Assembly: GCA_018830005.1 (NCBI GenBank)
Contig: JAHJTE010000003.1
Span: 7,674 to 71,673, forward strand
From: Candidatus Omnitrophota bacterium
GTDB lineage: Bacteria; Omnitrophota; Gorgyraeia; JAHJTE01
Reading direction: 5' to 3'
Length of the DNA stretch: 64,000 bases
In this document: one piece after another, positions 30,145 to 40,203 of the stretch
Layout of the letters: each line of letters starts with the position of its first letter
Position numbering within the stretch: the stretch's first letter is position 1
Position numbers and translations under genes: made by a program
The notes under the pieces: generated by a model
The model's database searches: none
The model's input: only the letters and a program-made list of their open reading frames with translations
What the model was told of the DNA's origin: nothing

Positions 30145-32193
30145 TTACTTGAAATCTGGAATCCGCAGTTGCTTCAAAAAGTTCGGATCAACTTTATACC
30201 CATATTTTAACGCCAGCTTTGCGTGTTTTCTGGCTAAATCATTTTCCGGAGGTTCTAAGTTTGCATAGGTCACTGCAAGATTGTTATGCGCTGCTGCAAA
30301 TTTAGGCTCTAAACTAATGGCTTTCTTAAAGGCCTCTACTGCTCTTTTATCACCCAGCTCGCCATAGACAATACCAAGTTTATAATAATCTAAGGCACTG
30401 CCATTTAATAGCTCCAAGGCTCTACTTTTAAAGTAAACAGCTTCTCCTAAATTGCCTAATTTTTCATAAATAAACGCCAATCCAATATATGGTTTACTGT
30501 AATCAGGATTCACCTTTATTGCTGTTTTTAATGTCTCTATTGCTAGATCAATTTCCCCTTCATAATAATATGAAACTCCTAAATTATTATAAGCCAAAAC
30601 AAAAGAAGGATCTAATTCTATAGCCCGCTTAAGATGGTAAATTTCTTTGTCTCTCAAGCCTTTCTTAGCAAAAAGAAGGCCTAAATTATTATGTATTTCA
30701 GCTATATTTGGATTAATAGCCAGCGCCTCTCTAAGATGCTCTTCTGCTAAATCAAAATCATCTTTTTCTAGATACGTGCTAGATAAATTCAGATGAAGAC
30801 GAATCTTTAAAGCTCTAGGAATTATTGGTCTCTTCTTAATCTCTTCCAATGCTATAATAAAATAATTCTCAGCCTCATTTATCTTGCCTTTATTTAATGC
30901 TGCCAGACCTAAATTATTATATCCAGCCATAGAACTCGGCGAGCACCCAACATTATTTAGCCAAAGAGAATATTCATCTTTCCAGATATTATTGCGTCTA
31001 ATTGTCAAAACTGAAAAGAAGATGAGAATGACTGTCGCAACACTAGCTATTAATATCTTCAATGCCTGTTTTTTCCTTGCCTCTACAATATAAAATAACC
31101 TTTCCAAAAATAAAGTAATAGCAATAAATATTCCGATTGCTGGCAAATATAGATGCTGCTCAGCGGCAAGTAGGCTAAGCGTTGCTATAAATTTTGGCAA
31201 AAGATTTACAAAGAACCAAAGAATCGCAAAGCTCAATAACGGGAGTCTTTTATAGGAAGCAATAGAAATAGATATAAGACTAATAATTACTAAGAATGAC
31301 TGCAGGGCATCAGGATTCAACAATGAGCTAAATTCAGGAAAACGTCTTCCTATGCACAAATTGAGAGGGCAGAAAAACAACTTCAAATAAAAAACGCTGA
31401 CATGTAACTGCGTGAAGAAATTTGAATAGAGGCTACGTCGCAGGCCACCGATGTTGGCAATTGCGCCGAAAAGATGGTATTTTAATAAGAGATAAATTAA
31501 AACTACAAAAATAAATAAAAAATAGCGTTTTATAGATGCCTGGGTATCTTTAAGATTATCTTTGCGAAATAAAAAATCATAAACTAGTAAAATAAGAGGA
31601 AAAACAATTATGACCTCTTTGGTCAGTAGGCCTAAGATAAAGACAGCTAAAGAGATCCAGTATGCTTTATCAAAACGGCCAAAGTTACTATGAATGTAGG
31701 AAATTAATCCTACAAGAAAGAAGAAACTCGAAAGCAAAGTTGAGCGACAAGATATATAGATTACTGCTTCAGAATTTATCGGATGAACTACAAACAAAAG
31801 ACTAGTTAAAAATGAAGGCCAAAAAAAGTTATTTTGTAAAAGGGAGCGCAGCAAGAAAAAAACTAAAACAGCATTTAAGAAATGAATAGCAATATTGATT
31901 ATATGATAGCCGGTAGGATTAAGCCTGCCAAAGAAATAATTAAAGACAAATGTCAGCATTAAAAATGGTCGATACATCCCCTTGGCAATCGGAACGGAAG
32001 TCATTTTACCAGATGTAAACAACATATAGACTTTATTAAAATCTTTTATAAAATTATTCTTCACTATCATGCGGCCGTCATCAAAAACAAAAGGAACAGA
32101 CAGGCTTTTAGAATAAAGTACAAAGCATACCAAAAATATAATAATAACCGCAAGGTATTCTTTGTTTCGGTTAAGTAATTTATTTTCCAGCAT
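30145..32193 (-). CDS. TMTC-like (DUF1736 plus TPR) GT-C protein glycosyltransferase
   Basis: FVFDD...YRP...GYHIIN...HPINSEAV...KE...LYLP...RNNIWKDE, followed by about 7 TPRs (HNNLG, YNNLG). Confidence 0.85.
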   Translation of the reverse strand: MLENKLLNRNKEYLAVIIIFLVCFVLYSKSLSVPFVFDDGRMIVKNNFIKDFNKVYMLFTSGKMTSVPIAKGMYRPFLMLTFVFNYFFGRLNPTGYHIINIAIHFLNAVLVFFLLRSLLQNNFFWPSFLTSLLFVVHPINSEAVIYISCRSTLLSSFFFLVGLISYIHSNFGRFDKAYWISLAVFILGLLTKEVIIVFPLILLVYDFLFRKDNLKDTQASIKRYFLFIFVVLIYLLLKYHLFGAIANIGGLRRSLYSNFFTQLHVSVFYLKLFFCPLNLCIGRRFPEFSSLLNPDALQSFLVIISLISISIASYKRLPLLSFAILWFFVNLLPKFIATLSLLAAEQHLYLPAIGIFIAITLFLERLFYIVEARKKQALKILIASVATVILIFFSVLTIRRNNIWKDEYSLWLNNVGCSPSSMAGYNNLGLAALNKGKINEAENYFIIALEEIKKRPIIPRALKIRLHLNLSSTYLEKDDFDLAEEHLREALAINPNIAEIHNNLGLLFAKKGLRDKEIYHLKRAIELDPSFVLAYNNLGVSYYYEGEIDLAIETLKTAIKVNPDYSKPYIGLAFIYEKLGNLGEAVYFKSRALELLNGSALDYYKLGIVYGELGDKRAVEAFKKAISLEPKFAAAHNNLAVTYANLEPPENDLARKHAKLALKYGYKVDPNFLKQLRIPDFK

Positions 32194-32260
32194 CTTCTAT
32201 TAAATTTTCACTAAATTATCTTTCGGGCCCAGAAGGAAACTCGAATAATTATATTTATTA

Positions 32261-33115
32261 CTAGGGATTATTTTCGGTACGATCAAGCCGTAGCTGCGCA
32301 ATCTGTTCAGAGATAAGCCCGAGCATAAATATAGTTATGCTTGATGTAAAAAGTAGAGCAGACATATTAGTAAAACTGTGGAAGGAAATAAAAGTGTAGA
32401 GGTAATTGCCCATCCCCAAAAAAAACAATAAAAAGCTAATCGGAAGAAATACCCTAAAGGGCGAAAAGACTGTAGCAATCTTTGCAATTATCAGTAAAAA
32501 TCGTATACCATCAGATAAGGGCTTTATTTTGCTTTTTCCTTTTCTGGCGAGTGCAGTTATTGGAACATACTTAATACTTCTGCCGCTACGAAGTATTGCC
32601 AAAGTAAGGGTAGTAGGATAAGAAAAGCCATTAGGTAAAAGGTAGAGAAATTTTAAAGCCAAATCTTTTCTTATCACCCTAAAACCAGATGTTAAATCCT
32701 GTATCTTAAACCTTGTTACATAGCTTGCAAACCAATTATAAATTATGTTAGCTGTTCTGCGAGCTGGTGCATGAGAATCTTTACTTCTTGCTCCTACAAC
32801 CATATCATATTTATCAATATATTCTAAAATCCTGGCTATATCAGCAGGGTTATGCTGTCCATCGCCATCCATGAATACTAATATGTCTGCCTTGGCTACT
32901 CTTATGCCTGTTTTTACGCTAGCGCCATTACCCATACGATAGGGATGGCTTATGACAAGTGCTCCAGAATCTCTAGCAACCTTGGCGCTATTATCAGAAG
33001 AACAATCATCTACAACTAAAATCTGGAATTCCTTTTTTATACTATTTTTTATTTCTTTTATAACCTGACTAATGTTCTCTTCTTCGTTAAAGATTGGTAA
33101 AATTATATCTATCAT
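32261..33115 (-). CDS. GT2 polyprenol-phosphate glycosyltransferase with 2 C-terminal TM
   Basis: ILPIFNEE, VVDDCSSD, MDGDGQH, DLTSGFR, PNGFSYPTT. Confidence 0.9.
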   Translation of the reverse strand: MIDIILPIFNEEENISQVIKEIKNSIKKEFQILVVDDCSSDNSAKVARDSGALVISHPYRMGNGASVKTGIRVAKADILVFMDGDGQHNPADIARILEYIDKYDMVVGARSKDSHAPARRTANIIYNWFASYVTRFKIQDLTSGFRVIRKDLALKFLYLLPNGFSYPTTLTLAILRSGRSIKYVPITALARKGKSKIKPLSDGIRFLLIIAKIATVFSPFRVFLPISFLLFFLGMGNYLYTFISFHSFTNMSALLFTSSITIFMLGLISEQIAQLRLDRTENNP

Positions 33116-33149
33116 CTTTAGCTATTACTTAACTTCCTTTATTCTAACA

Positions 33150-33177
33150 AAAAGGGGAGAAAAAAACCTCCCCTTTT
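33150..33177 (-). terminator. Intrinsic terminator after the major pilin gene
   Basis: 10-bp stem AAAAGGGGAG/CTCCCCTTTT; T-rich flank on the minus strand. Confidence 0.75.
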
Positions 33178-33235
33178 ATCTTCAAATTAAAAATCCGTTC
33201 GCTCTAAAACCAAAGCAACATAACTAAATAAAAAA

Positions 33236-33592
33236 TTACGGCCAGGCTAAACCACCGCCAGCAGTACCTATTGTACCGGTGGCAGGATTGTAAGTCCAAT
33301 TAAATGTGCCGGCTGCAACCCCTGTGCTAGCTGTCAACTGAGTTAAGTCCGTATCTAACTGAGCGATTAAAGCAACATCACTAGCAGGAAATACAGGATT
33401 ACCCGCAACAGCGCCAGAGGCATAGAATAATTGGGCTGAAGCGCGCAAAGCACCCAATTCGGCCATTGCAGTTGCCTGTCTTGCATCATCAGCCAAGTTA
33501 ACAAATCTTGGAACAGCAACAGCGGCTAAAATTGCTAATAATGCCAGGACTATAACTAATTCAATTAATGTAAAACCGCTTAATCTATTCAT
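33236..33592 (-). CDS. Major type IV pilin (MshA/PilA-like)
   Basis: Class III signal SG|FTLIELVIV with E5; AVPRFVNL..DAR; strong SD GGGAGGTGA; own promoter and terminator. Confidence 0.9.
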   Translation of the reverse strand: MNRLSGFTLIELVIVLALLAILAAVAVPRFVNLADDARQATAMAELGALRASAQLFYASGAVAGNPVFPASDVALIAQLDTDLTQLTASTGVAAGTFNWTYNPATGTIGTAGGGLAWP

Positions 33593-33628
33593 CAGATCTC
33601 ACCTCCCTCACAAAACATAATTATTACT

Positions 33629-33713
33629 AACTTAACATCCAAGTAGAAACTTGTCAAGATTTTTTTCTCAATAACATTAATTAAAGTATAGCCTAAAAAA
33701 ATACCTATTGCAA
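33629..33713 (-). promoter_or_regulatory. Two tandem sigma70-type promoters for the pilin gene
   Basis: TTGACA-17-TAAGTT with extended TG (33657-33629) and TTGCAA-17-TATACT (33713-33685). Confidence 0.65.
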
Positions 33714-33771
33714 GCAAAATTGTCAATAATTATAACTCGTTGAAAAATAAGGAATTGGAAAAGAAGTTACT

Positions 33772-34542
33772 TTATGCTTGCCTCTTTTTAAATCTTCTCC
33801 TTATCTCTTCTTTTATTAAATCTGAGCCTGTAAAAACACCTAAAAGAAGAGAAAAACCAGTAATTAATATCCTGTCTAAAATAGCTAAAGACAAGGCAAC
33901 GTTAAGGCTAAGGCCGTTTTCCATTAACAGTAAAACCAACCCTGTATCTTTAAATCCTAAGCCAGCAGGTGCGGGAGATAAATACCCCAAGACAAAGGAC
34001 ATGGAGATAATCTTTAAAATATCTAAAAAATGGGGATGAAAATTAAAAAATTCAAAAAGTAAATAATAATAGAGAACTACCAATGCCATATTCAAAATAA
34101 CAAACGGCAGGATGCAAAAAACGCTTTTTAGCTTTTCCTTAAAATATCTTAAGGCCTCTCTTATTGATAAAGCAAGTTTGTGCTTTCTTCTTGCAACTAT
34201 TATCAATAAAAGAATTAATATTATTACAAATGCTAAAGGAACCCTCCTGATGAATCCCGCCCCAAAGTAGGCGCCAAGGAGGAGCCACAATGATACGGAA
34301 AGAAACTCTAGAATAATAAAGGCACTTAAGGCATTGGGGAAGGCTAACTTTTTATGTCGAGAAAAATAACTGCTTACAATATAGCCTGCACCTGTAAAAA
34401 GACATTTATTCAGGGCCCTGGCAAGACAAGTTAATTTAAAGGATTCGCCTAACTTTATCTCTTTTCCAAGCAGGATATAAAAATTTAGGGCTTGAATAAT
34501 GGAAATTAAAAACAGGATTAAAATAATAAAGAATGTTCCCAT
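33772..34542 (-). CDS. Flippase-like / lysylphosphatidylglycerol synthase TM-domain protein
   Basis: Multi-TM; SPAPAGLGFKD and LDRIL motifs; appears short at the N-terminus. Confidence 0.75.
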   Translation of the reverse strand: MGTFFIILILFLISIIQALNFYILLGKEIKLGESFKLTCLARALNKCLFTGAGYIVSSYFSRHKKLAFPNALSAFIILEFLSVSLWLLLGAYFGAGFIRRVPLAFVIILILLLIIVARRKHKLALSIREALRYFKEKLKSVFCILPFVILNMALVVLYYYLLFEFFNFHPHFLDILKIISMSFVLGYLSPAPAGLGFKDTGLVLLLMENGLSLNVALSLAILDRILITGFSLLLGVFTGSDLIKEEIRRRFKKRQA

Positions 34543-34738
34543 AACAAAGGTTAAAAAATCGAGTCCTTAAACACTCTCAGATACGGAAAGAAGAAATAGT
34601 CCTTTATCTATTATACCATCAGAAAAAGCAGAGTTAAGAAATTTCTAAATAAATCCAACCTTGACTACTCTTGTTTAGGAGCCTAAAATAGCTGTTAGAA
34701 TTAACTAACTACAAGCTTATATAAGGAGATATCATCCC

Positions 34739-35617
34739 ATGCTAGAAATCAGTACAATTAAAGACGCAATATTTATCTTGAAAAGATTTGGGATAAGACA
34801 TGCTTTCGGAAGATTCGAAGATTTAGTCTTAATTAAAAAAGAAGAAAGAAGAAAAAACAAATTATATAAAAAATTAAAGCCGCAAGGAAGATTAAGGAAG
34901 AATATACTTGGAAACACAATGCAATTAGATATGAATGACTTTGGAATACATAGGGATTTATTTCTAGATGGAATCCGAGAGCCGCAGGCTACGCAACATT
35001 TAATGCAGCTCTTAGGTAAAGATGATATAGTCCTAGAGGTGGGAGCCAATATTGGCTATTATGTTCTTATAGAATCTCGACTCTGTAAAAAGATTTACGC
35101 CGTTGAGCCAATAACTGAAAATATAAATAATCTAAAGATAAATATTGAATTAAACCAATGCAGGAATGTAGCGGTATTTCAAACAGCCTTTGGTGCTGAA
35201 AGAACCAAAAAAACTATGTATATATCAAAAAAAAGTAACTGGCACAGTTTCTATCCTAAAAAGAATATAATAAAAAAACTATCTGTTGAAATGGATAGCG
35301 TTGATAATTTTCTTAAAGACAAGGAGAAACCTACTTTTCTACGTATGGATGTTGAGGGATACGAACTGAATATATTAAAAGGCATGCAGGAAACCTTAAA
35401 AAATATAAAAAGATTATTTATTGAGGTGCATGCCGATATATTAGCATTAGAAGAAACGCAAGAATTGATCGAGATCTTAAGAAAAAATTCATTTCGGCCT
35501 GAATTAATAATTAAATATGACCGGCCTAAATTCTCTAAAATTCTACCTAATGATTATATCAATAAGATTTATGACGGAGACAAAGGAGGCTATGAAATAT
35601 TTTTTTCTAAATTCTAA
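34739..35617 (+). CDS. FkbM-family SAM-dependent methyltransferase
   Basis: LEVGANIGYY, YAVEP, RMDVEGYE, FIEVH; SD AAGGAG. Confidence 0.9.
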   Translation: MLEISTIKDAIFILKRFGIRHAFGRFEDLVLIKKEERRKNKLYKKLKPQGRLRKNILGNTMQLDMNDFGIHRDLFLDGIREPQATQHLMQLLGKDDIVLEVGANIGYYVLIESRLCKKIYAVEPITENINNLKINIELNQCRNVAVFQTAFGAERTKKTMYISKKSNWHSFYPKKNIIKKLSVEMDSVDNFLKDKEKPTFLRMDVEGYELNILKGMQETLKNIKRLFIEVHADILALEETQELIEILRKNSFRPELIIKYDRPKFSKILPNDYINKIYDGDKGGYEIFFSKF

Positions 35618-35628
35618 GGCTGACTACT

Positions 35629-36720
35629 TTAATATTGCTTGGCAAGAATATAGTCTACTATCTCTTGGGAAGGCCTGCACTTGGCATCTTGAGGCGTTTT
35701 TCTTTTGAAGTTTTTATAATTATCCAAAAAAATACTTATCTCTTCTGGTGAAAACTTAGAAAGCACTACATTTTCCCCTAATCCCTCCATTCTTTCAGTA
35801 TGATTTCTCATAAGCAGGCATGGCTTGTCTAAATAGAAGCTCTCCTCCTGAATGCTGCCTCCATCGCTAATAATAAACTCGCAATTCTTTAGTAAATGAA
35901 GGAATTCAGAATGTGAAACAACCGACAGGCAATTAATATTATCAAGCTTATCAATCTCTTCATTAAGATGGAATCTCTTGAGTAAATTAACTGTGGGAGG
36001 GTCCTGAATAAAAATTACAGGAAATCTCTTTGCGACTTCCCTGATAAGACCTATCAAAAGTTTCAATCTCTTTTTGCGAAAGATATTCTCCGCCCTATGA
36101 AAGGTTACAAGCACATACTTTTCAAAATCCAATTTTAGTTCACTCCCTTTACTCAGAGTATAGGCGGTTGCTTCAAAGGAAGTATTAGCAGAAAGTAAAA
36201 CTGACTTTTTTTCACAACCAATTTTTCTCAAGTTTTCAAAGGCCCAGGATGAAGGAGCAAATAATATATCAGACCATCTAACAATAAGATTCCTTATAAT
36301 CTCTTCTGGGAAAGGATTGAAATAATTAAAGGAAAACAGACCGGATTCTATATGCGCTACCTTTAATTTTGCTCTTTTGGCTAAATATAAGGCAATGAGT
36401 GAAGAAAGCGGCTCTCCATGAATAAGACAAACGCCAGAGGTGTCTAAGAATATTTCTTTTCTTATGCGTTTGTAAGATAGGCTTTTGAATAATACATCTT
36501 TTAACCACATGAATATTTTCAAAATACTGGAAGCATTCTCTCCTTTTGATAGAACTACAGAGGGACCGTCTAACTCAAATTCTTTTCTTAATTCACTCGT
36601 GATTAGAGAATGCTGGCCTAAGTCTATAAGATTAAACTTAATGCCTCGCTCTTTGAGCCGCTGCATTACTGGCGCCATCTTTATAAATTGCGCTTTTGTC
36701 CCAATAGCTATATGGATCAT
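35629..36720 (-). CDS. Divergent UDP-N-acetylglucosamine 2-epimerase family protein
   Basis: GTKAQFIK, GQH, HIESGL, PEE, HRAEN, DGGSIQEE, RNHTER. Confidence 0.8.
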   Translation of the reverse strand: MIHIAIGTKAQFIKMAPVMQRLKERGIKFNLIDLGQHSLITSELRKEFELDGPSVVLSKGENASSILKIFMWLKDVLFKSLSYKRIRKEIFLDTSGVCLIHGEPLSSLIALYLAKRAKLKVAHIESGLFSFNYFNPFPEEIIRNLIVRWSDILFAPSSWAFENLRKIGCEKKSVLLSANTSFEATAYTLSKGSELKLDFEKYVLVTFHRAENIFRKKRLKLLIGLIREVAKRFPVIFIQDPPTVNLLKRFHLNEEIDKLDNINCLSVVSHSEFLHLLKNCEFIISDGGSIQEESFYLDKPCLLMRNHTERMEGLGENVVLSKFSPEEISIFLDNYKNFKRKTPQDAKCRPSQEIVDYILAKQY

Positions 36721-36820
36721 ATTAGTTTAATGAAGAATTTCAGGTATAATTTTCAAAGGAAGGAAAGAATGTTTCTTGATGAGGGTCATCATCCTGAATG
36801 TAGCATTTCTTAGATACAAA

Positions 36821-38035
36821 TTATTTCAAGAACAATCTCGACATATTCCACATCGGCAAAAATATCGCAAGGGCTAGACCGAGCACAATCAATGCCAAAA
36901 CAACTATTAGTATCGGCTCAATCAAGGTCGTCATATTCTTTACTGCGCTATCCACCTCTGAGTCGAAATGTTCAGAAATCTTAATCAATAGAGTATCTAC
37001 AGTTCCGCTCTCCTCTCCTGCGCCAACCATATGCACGACCATTGGCGGAAATACCTTATGCAAGGCAAGCGGATCAGCCATACCCCTGCCTTCTTTAACA
37101 TTGTCTCGAACATCATCCAGGGCTTGCATTACAACAACATTGCCTAAAACACTCTTGGTAATATCCAGTGCCTTCAAAACAGGCAGGCCGCTTTGCATAA
37201 GCGTACCTAAGATCCGAGAGAATCTAGCCATAATTGCGTTATTAATTATCTTGCCAAAGACAGGTACCTTTAATATAAATTTACTCCACATAATATTACC
37301 TATCTTGGTACGCAGGAAAAACTTAAAACCAGTTATTAAAAGGATTATCAGAATCAAAAATATATACCAGTAGCTTTGAAATAGTTCATTGATCTTCAAC
37401 ATAACCCTGGTAGGAAGCGGCAATTCTGTATTGAATTTGGCAAAAAGGGCGGCAAACTTAGGCAAGATAAAAGTAGTAATTCCAATAAATACAGCAAATA
37501 TAGCTATAAGCACCACCATGGGATAACGTGTTGCTGTTTTTATCTGCGTGCTTGTCGCATCTTCTTTTTCTCCTAACTCCGCAATCCGCAGTAAGATATC
37601 GTGCAATTTTCCTGAGCTTTCACCTGCACGCACCATATTAATATAAAGGGTAGAAAACACATTCGAAAACCGCCCCAGGGAATCTGAGAATTCACTTCCT
37701 GCTTCTATGTCCTTCTTTATCTTACTAACTATCTCCTTTAATCGCCAGTTCTCTGTCTGATCTTCCAATGCCCTTAATGAAGTCATAATCGGCATGCCTG
37801 CGCCTTCAAATGTAGCCAGCTGCCTGGTCATCATATTAATATCTTTCAAACTTATTGTTTTAAGCCTTCTTTTTAAGTTCAAAATGCCTGTTAGGCCTTT
37901 CTGTTCACTAATCTTTATCGGCGTATAGCCCATATTTTTGAAATACTCAATGAGCATTTCAGTATTTTTAGCCGAGATTACGCCGCCTATTGCCTTGCCT
38001 GTTCTATCTCTTACTTTATAATTGAAATTAGGCAT
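36821..38035 (-). CDS. pilC: PilC/GspF platform protein (copy 2)
   Basis: Two T2SSF domains; AGESSG, LPLPT, AGEESG, IEP...PM. Confidence 0.92.
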   Translation of the reverse strand: MPNFNYKVRDRTGKAIGGVISAKNTEMLIEYFKNMGYTPIKISEQKGLTGILNLKRRLKTISLKDINMMTRQLATFEGAGMPIMTSLRALEDQTENWRLKEIVSKIKKDIEAGSEFSDSLGRFSNVFSTLYINMVRAGESSGKLHDILLRIAELGEKEDATSTQIKTATRYPMVVLIAIFAVFIGITTFILPKFAALFAKFNTELPLPTRVMLKINELFQSYWYIFLILIILLITGFKFFLRTKIGNIMWSKFILKVPVFGKIINNAIMARFSRILGTLMQSGLPVLKALDITKSVLGNVVVMQALDDVRDNVKEGRGMADPLALHKVFPPMVVHMVGAGEESGTVDTLLIKISEHFDSEVDSAVKNMTTLIEPILIVVLALIVLGLALAIFLPMWNMSRLFLK

Positions 38036-38047
38036 TGTATTTTTGGC

Positions 38048-39757
38048 TTAGGCCTGTGTCTGTGTCTGGGTTATGCGCAAAATCTCCTCAATAGAAGTCA
38101 AGCCCCTTGTTGCCTTCTCTAGGCCATCGTCCCTTAAGGTTATTAGGCCTCCCTTTCTTGCCTCGCGCATTATTACATCACTTGAGGCCTTGGCAACTGC
38201 TATCTCTCTGAGTGCCTCATCCATTAACATTACCTCAAAGACTGCGATTCTCCCCTTATAGCCGATATTAGAACAGTGACGGCAACCCACAGCCTTAAAG
38301 AATTTATAATCTTTATTCTTTTCTAATCGCAATTCTGTCAATAGCTGCTCACTGGGAGAATAGGCCTGTTTACAATTATCGCAGAGGACGCGCGCCAGCC
38401 TTTGAGCTACTACACCGATTAAGGAAGATGAAATCAAAAACGGCTCAGCCCCCATATCGATCATTCGCGTTATTGCTCCGGGGGCATCATTGGTATGCAA
38501 AGTTGAAAATACGAGCTGGCCAATTAAAGCAGCGTGGATTGAAATCTCAAGTGTCTCTAAGTCTCTAATTTCACCAACCATAATTACATTTGGATCTTGC
38601 CTTAATATCGAACGCAAGCCTGATGCGAATGTAAGGCCTGCCTTGGGATTAACTTGGGACTGTCTAATCAATGGCAATTTATACTCAACAGGATCTTCCA
38701 AAGTAATAATATTCTTGCCAATTGTATTTATTGTCTGCAACGTTGAATAAAGCGTAGTTGTTTTTCCGCTTCCAGTAGGGCCAGTAACAAGAATTATGCC
38801 GTAAGGATTGCGTATCATCTCTTGGAATTTATCAAGCGCCTGTTTAGAAAATCCTAAATCCCTAAGACCAATAAGAAGGCTACTTTTATCTAGTAGCCTC
38901 ATCACTATATTTTCACCATGGATAGTGGGAAAAGAAGAAACCCTTAAATCCACTTCAATCTTGCCTAATTTAAAAGTAAAGCCTCCATCCTGGGGTCTTC
39001 TTTTTTCTGCAATATCCATTTTAGAAAGAATCTTTACGCGCGAGATTATACCACTCATCAAGAATTTTGGCGGAGACGGCTTCTCATAAAGGATACCGTC
39101 TATACGAAAACGTATTCTTAATTGCTGTTCATCCGGCTCGATGTGAATATCAGAGGCCTTCTCTTTTATTGCCTGGACAATAAGAAGATTAACCAGGCGT
39201 ATCAGGGGTGCTTCTTCAGCCAATTTGGAGGAATCCTTTATATCATCTACTCTCTTGAGCTTCTCAATCATCTTATTTATATCTTCCTCATCAATATCTT
39301 CCACAATCTGTTCAATATCACCCTTGACACCATAATAAGAATCAATAGCAGTGCCAATTAACTGACCAATACTCAAAACCGGATCTATGTCACACTCGCT
39401 CTTTAAACGTACTTCATCAATAGCGATAATATCAGAAGGATCAGCCATAGCCACAGTCAGGCTATTGCCGACTTTAAACAATGGAATAAGCGTATACTTA
39501 CTAGCTACTTCTTTAGGAATTAGCTTTAAGACTTCTTTATCAATTGTATAATCAGCCAAGTCAATAAAGGGCACGCCAATTTCTTTGGCAATTATTGCTG
39601 CTATCTTTTCATTATTAACCACGCCCTGCTTAATCAGAACCTTCTCCAGAGAAAGGGCATTCTTTTTTGCTTCTTCTTTGGCAAGCTTTAAGCGCTCCTT
39701 GGAAATCAACTCCTCATCCAGAAGTATCGCTTCTAAAATCTTCTTACCTTGCGTCAT
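38048..39757 (-). CDS. pilB: PilB/GspE assembly ATPase (copy 2)
   Basis: ASDIHIEP, GPTGSGKTTT, EDPVE, LRQDP, STLHTND, tetra-Cys motif, GYKGR. Confidence 0.95.
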   Translation of the reverse strand: MTQGKKILEAILLDEELISKERLKLAKEEAKKNALSLEKVLIKQGVVNNEKIAAIIAKEIGVPFIDLADYTIDKEVLKLIPKEVASKYTLIPLFKVGNSLTVAMADPSDIIAIDEVRLKSECDIDPVLSIGQLIGTAIDSYYGVKGDIEQIVEDIDEEDINKMIEKLKRVDDIKDSSKLAEEAPLIRLVNLLIVQAIKEKASDIHIEPDEQQLRIRFRIDGILYEKPSPPKFLMSGIISRVKILSKMDIAEKRRPQDGGFTFKLGKIEVDLRVSSFPTIHGENIVMRLLDKSSLLIGLRDLGFSKQALDKFQEMIRNPYGIILVTGPTGSGKTTTLYSTLQTINTIGKNIITLEDPVEYKLPLIRQSQVNPKAGLTFASGLRSILRQDPNVIMVGEIRDLETLEISIHAALIGQLVFSTLHTNDAPGAITRMIDMGAEPFLISSSLIGVVAQRLARVLCDNCKQAYSPSEQLLTELRLEKNKDYKFFKAVGCRHCSNIGYKGRIAVFEVMLMDEALREIAVAKASSDVIMREARKGGLITLRDDGLEKATRGLTSIEEILRITQTQTQA

Positions 39758-39779
39758 CTTATAACCCCCGCGATTAAAA

Positions 39780-40202
39780 TTATAGTCTCAATTCAAATTC
39801 CTTTTCGCCATCATGTAGTATAACACGATCTTTAAGAATATCCACTACTTCATTGCCTTCGACTCTATCTCCAACTCTCACTATTTCTTCGTTGATAATA
39901 GCCTGAGGAGAATCAGCGTCCCAAAGGATACCTATGAGATTTAACCCAGTCACAGCGGTTATCCCCTCAGCCAAAACAAAAGGATTTCTACCCCAGTCTT
40001 TAAACTCGCTATCATTTCTCTTTTTGATCTCTTTCTTACCCCAGAAAACGAACCTGCTTGCAATATCTTCTTCTCTGGAAACTGATGCTGCTTCACCAGG
40101 ATAGGTCTTCACTCGCCTAACATTCTTAAATAAAGAAACCCAGACAAAAATCATTATTATAATTAAAATTCCTAAGATTATATTCCGGATATTTTTACCC
40201 AT
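39780..40202 (-). CDS. PilP/MshK/GspB-like assembly protein (copy 1)
   Basis: N-terminal TM, DWGRNPFVL, LIGILW...AIINE...VGDRVEG; paralogous to 25147-25689. Confidence 0.7.
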   Translation of the reverse strand: MGKNIRNIILGILIIIMIFVWVSLFKNVRRVKTYPGEAASVSREEDIASRFVFWGKKEIKKRNDSEFKDWGRNPFVLAEGITAVTGLNLIGILWDADSPQAIINEEIVRVGDRVEGNEVVDILKDRVILHDGEKEFELRL

Positions 40203-40203
40203 G

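Noticed and set aside
33236-33592. Possible electrically conductive (e-)pilin
   Set aside because: About 9 aromatics in 112 residues; lacks Tyr27 and Tyr32 and has a long aromatic-free gap from 25 to 49.
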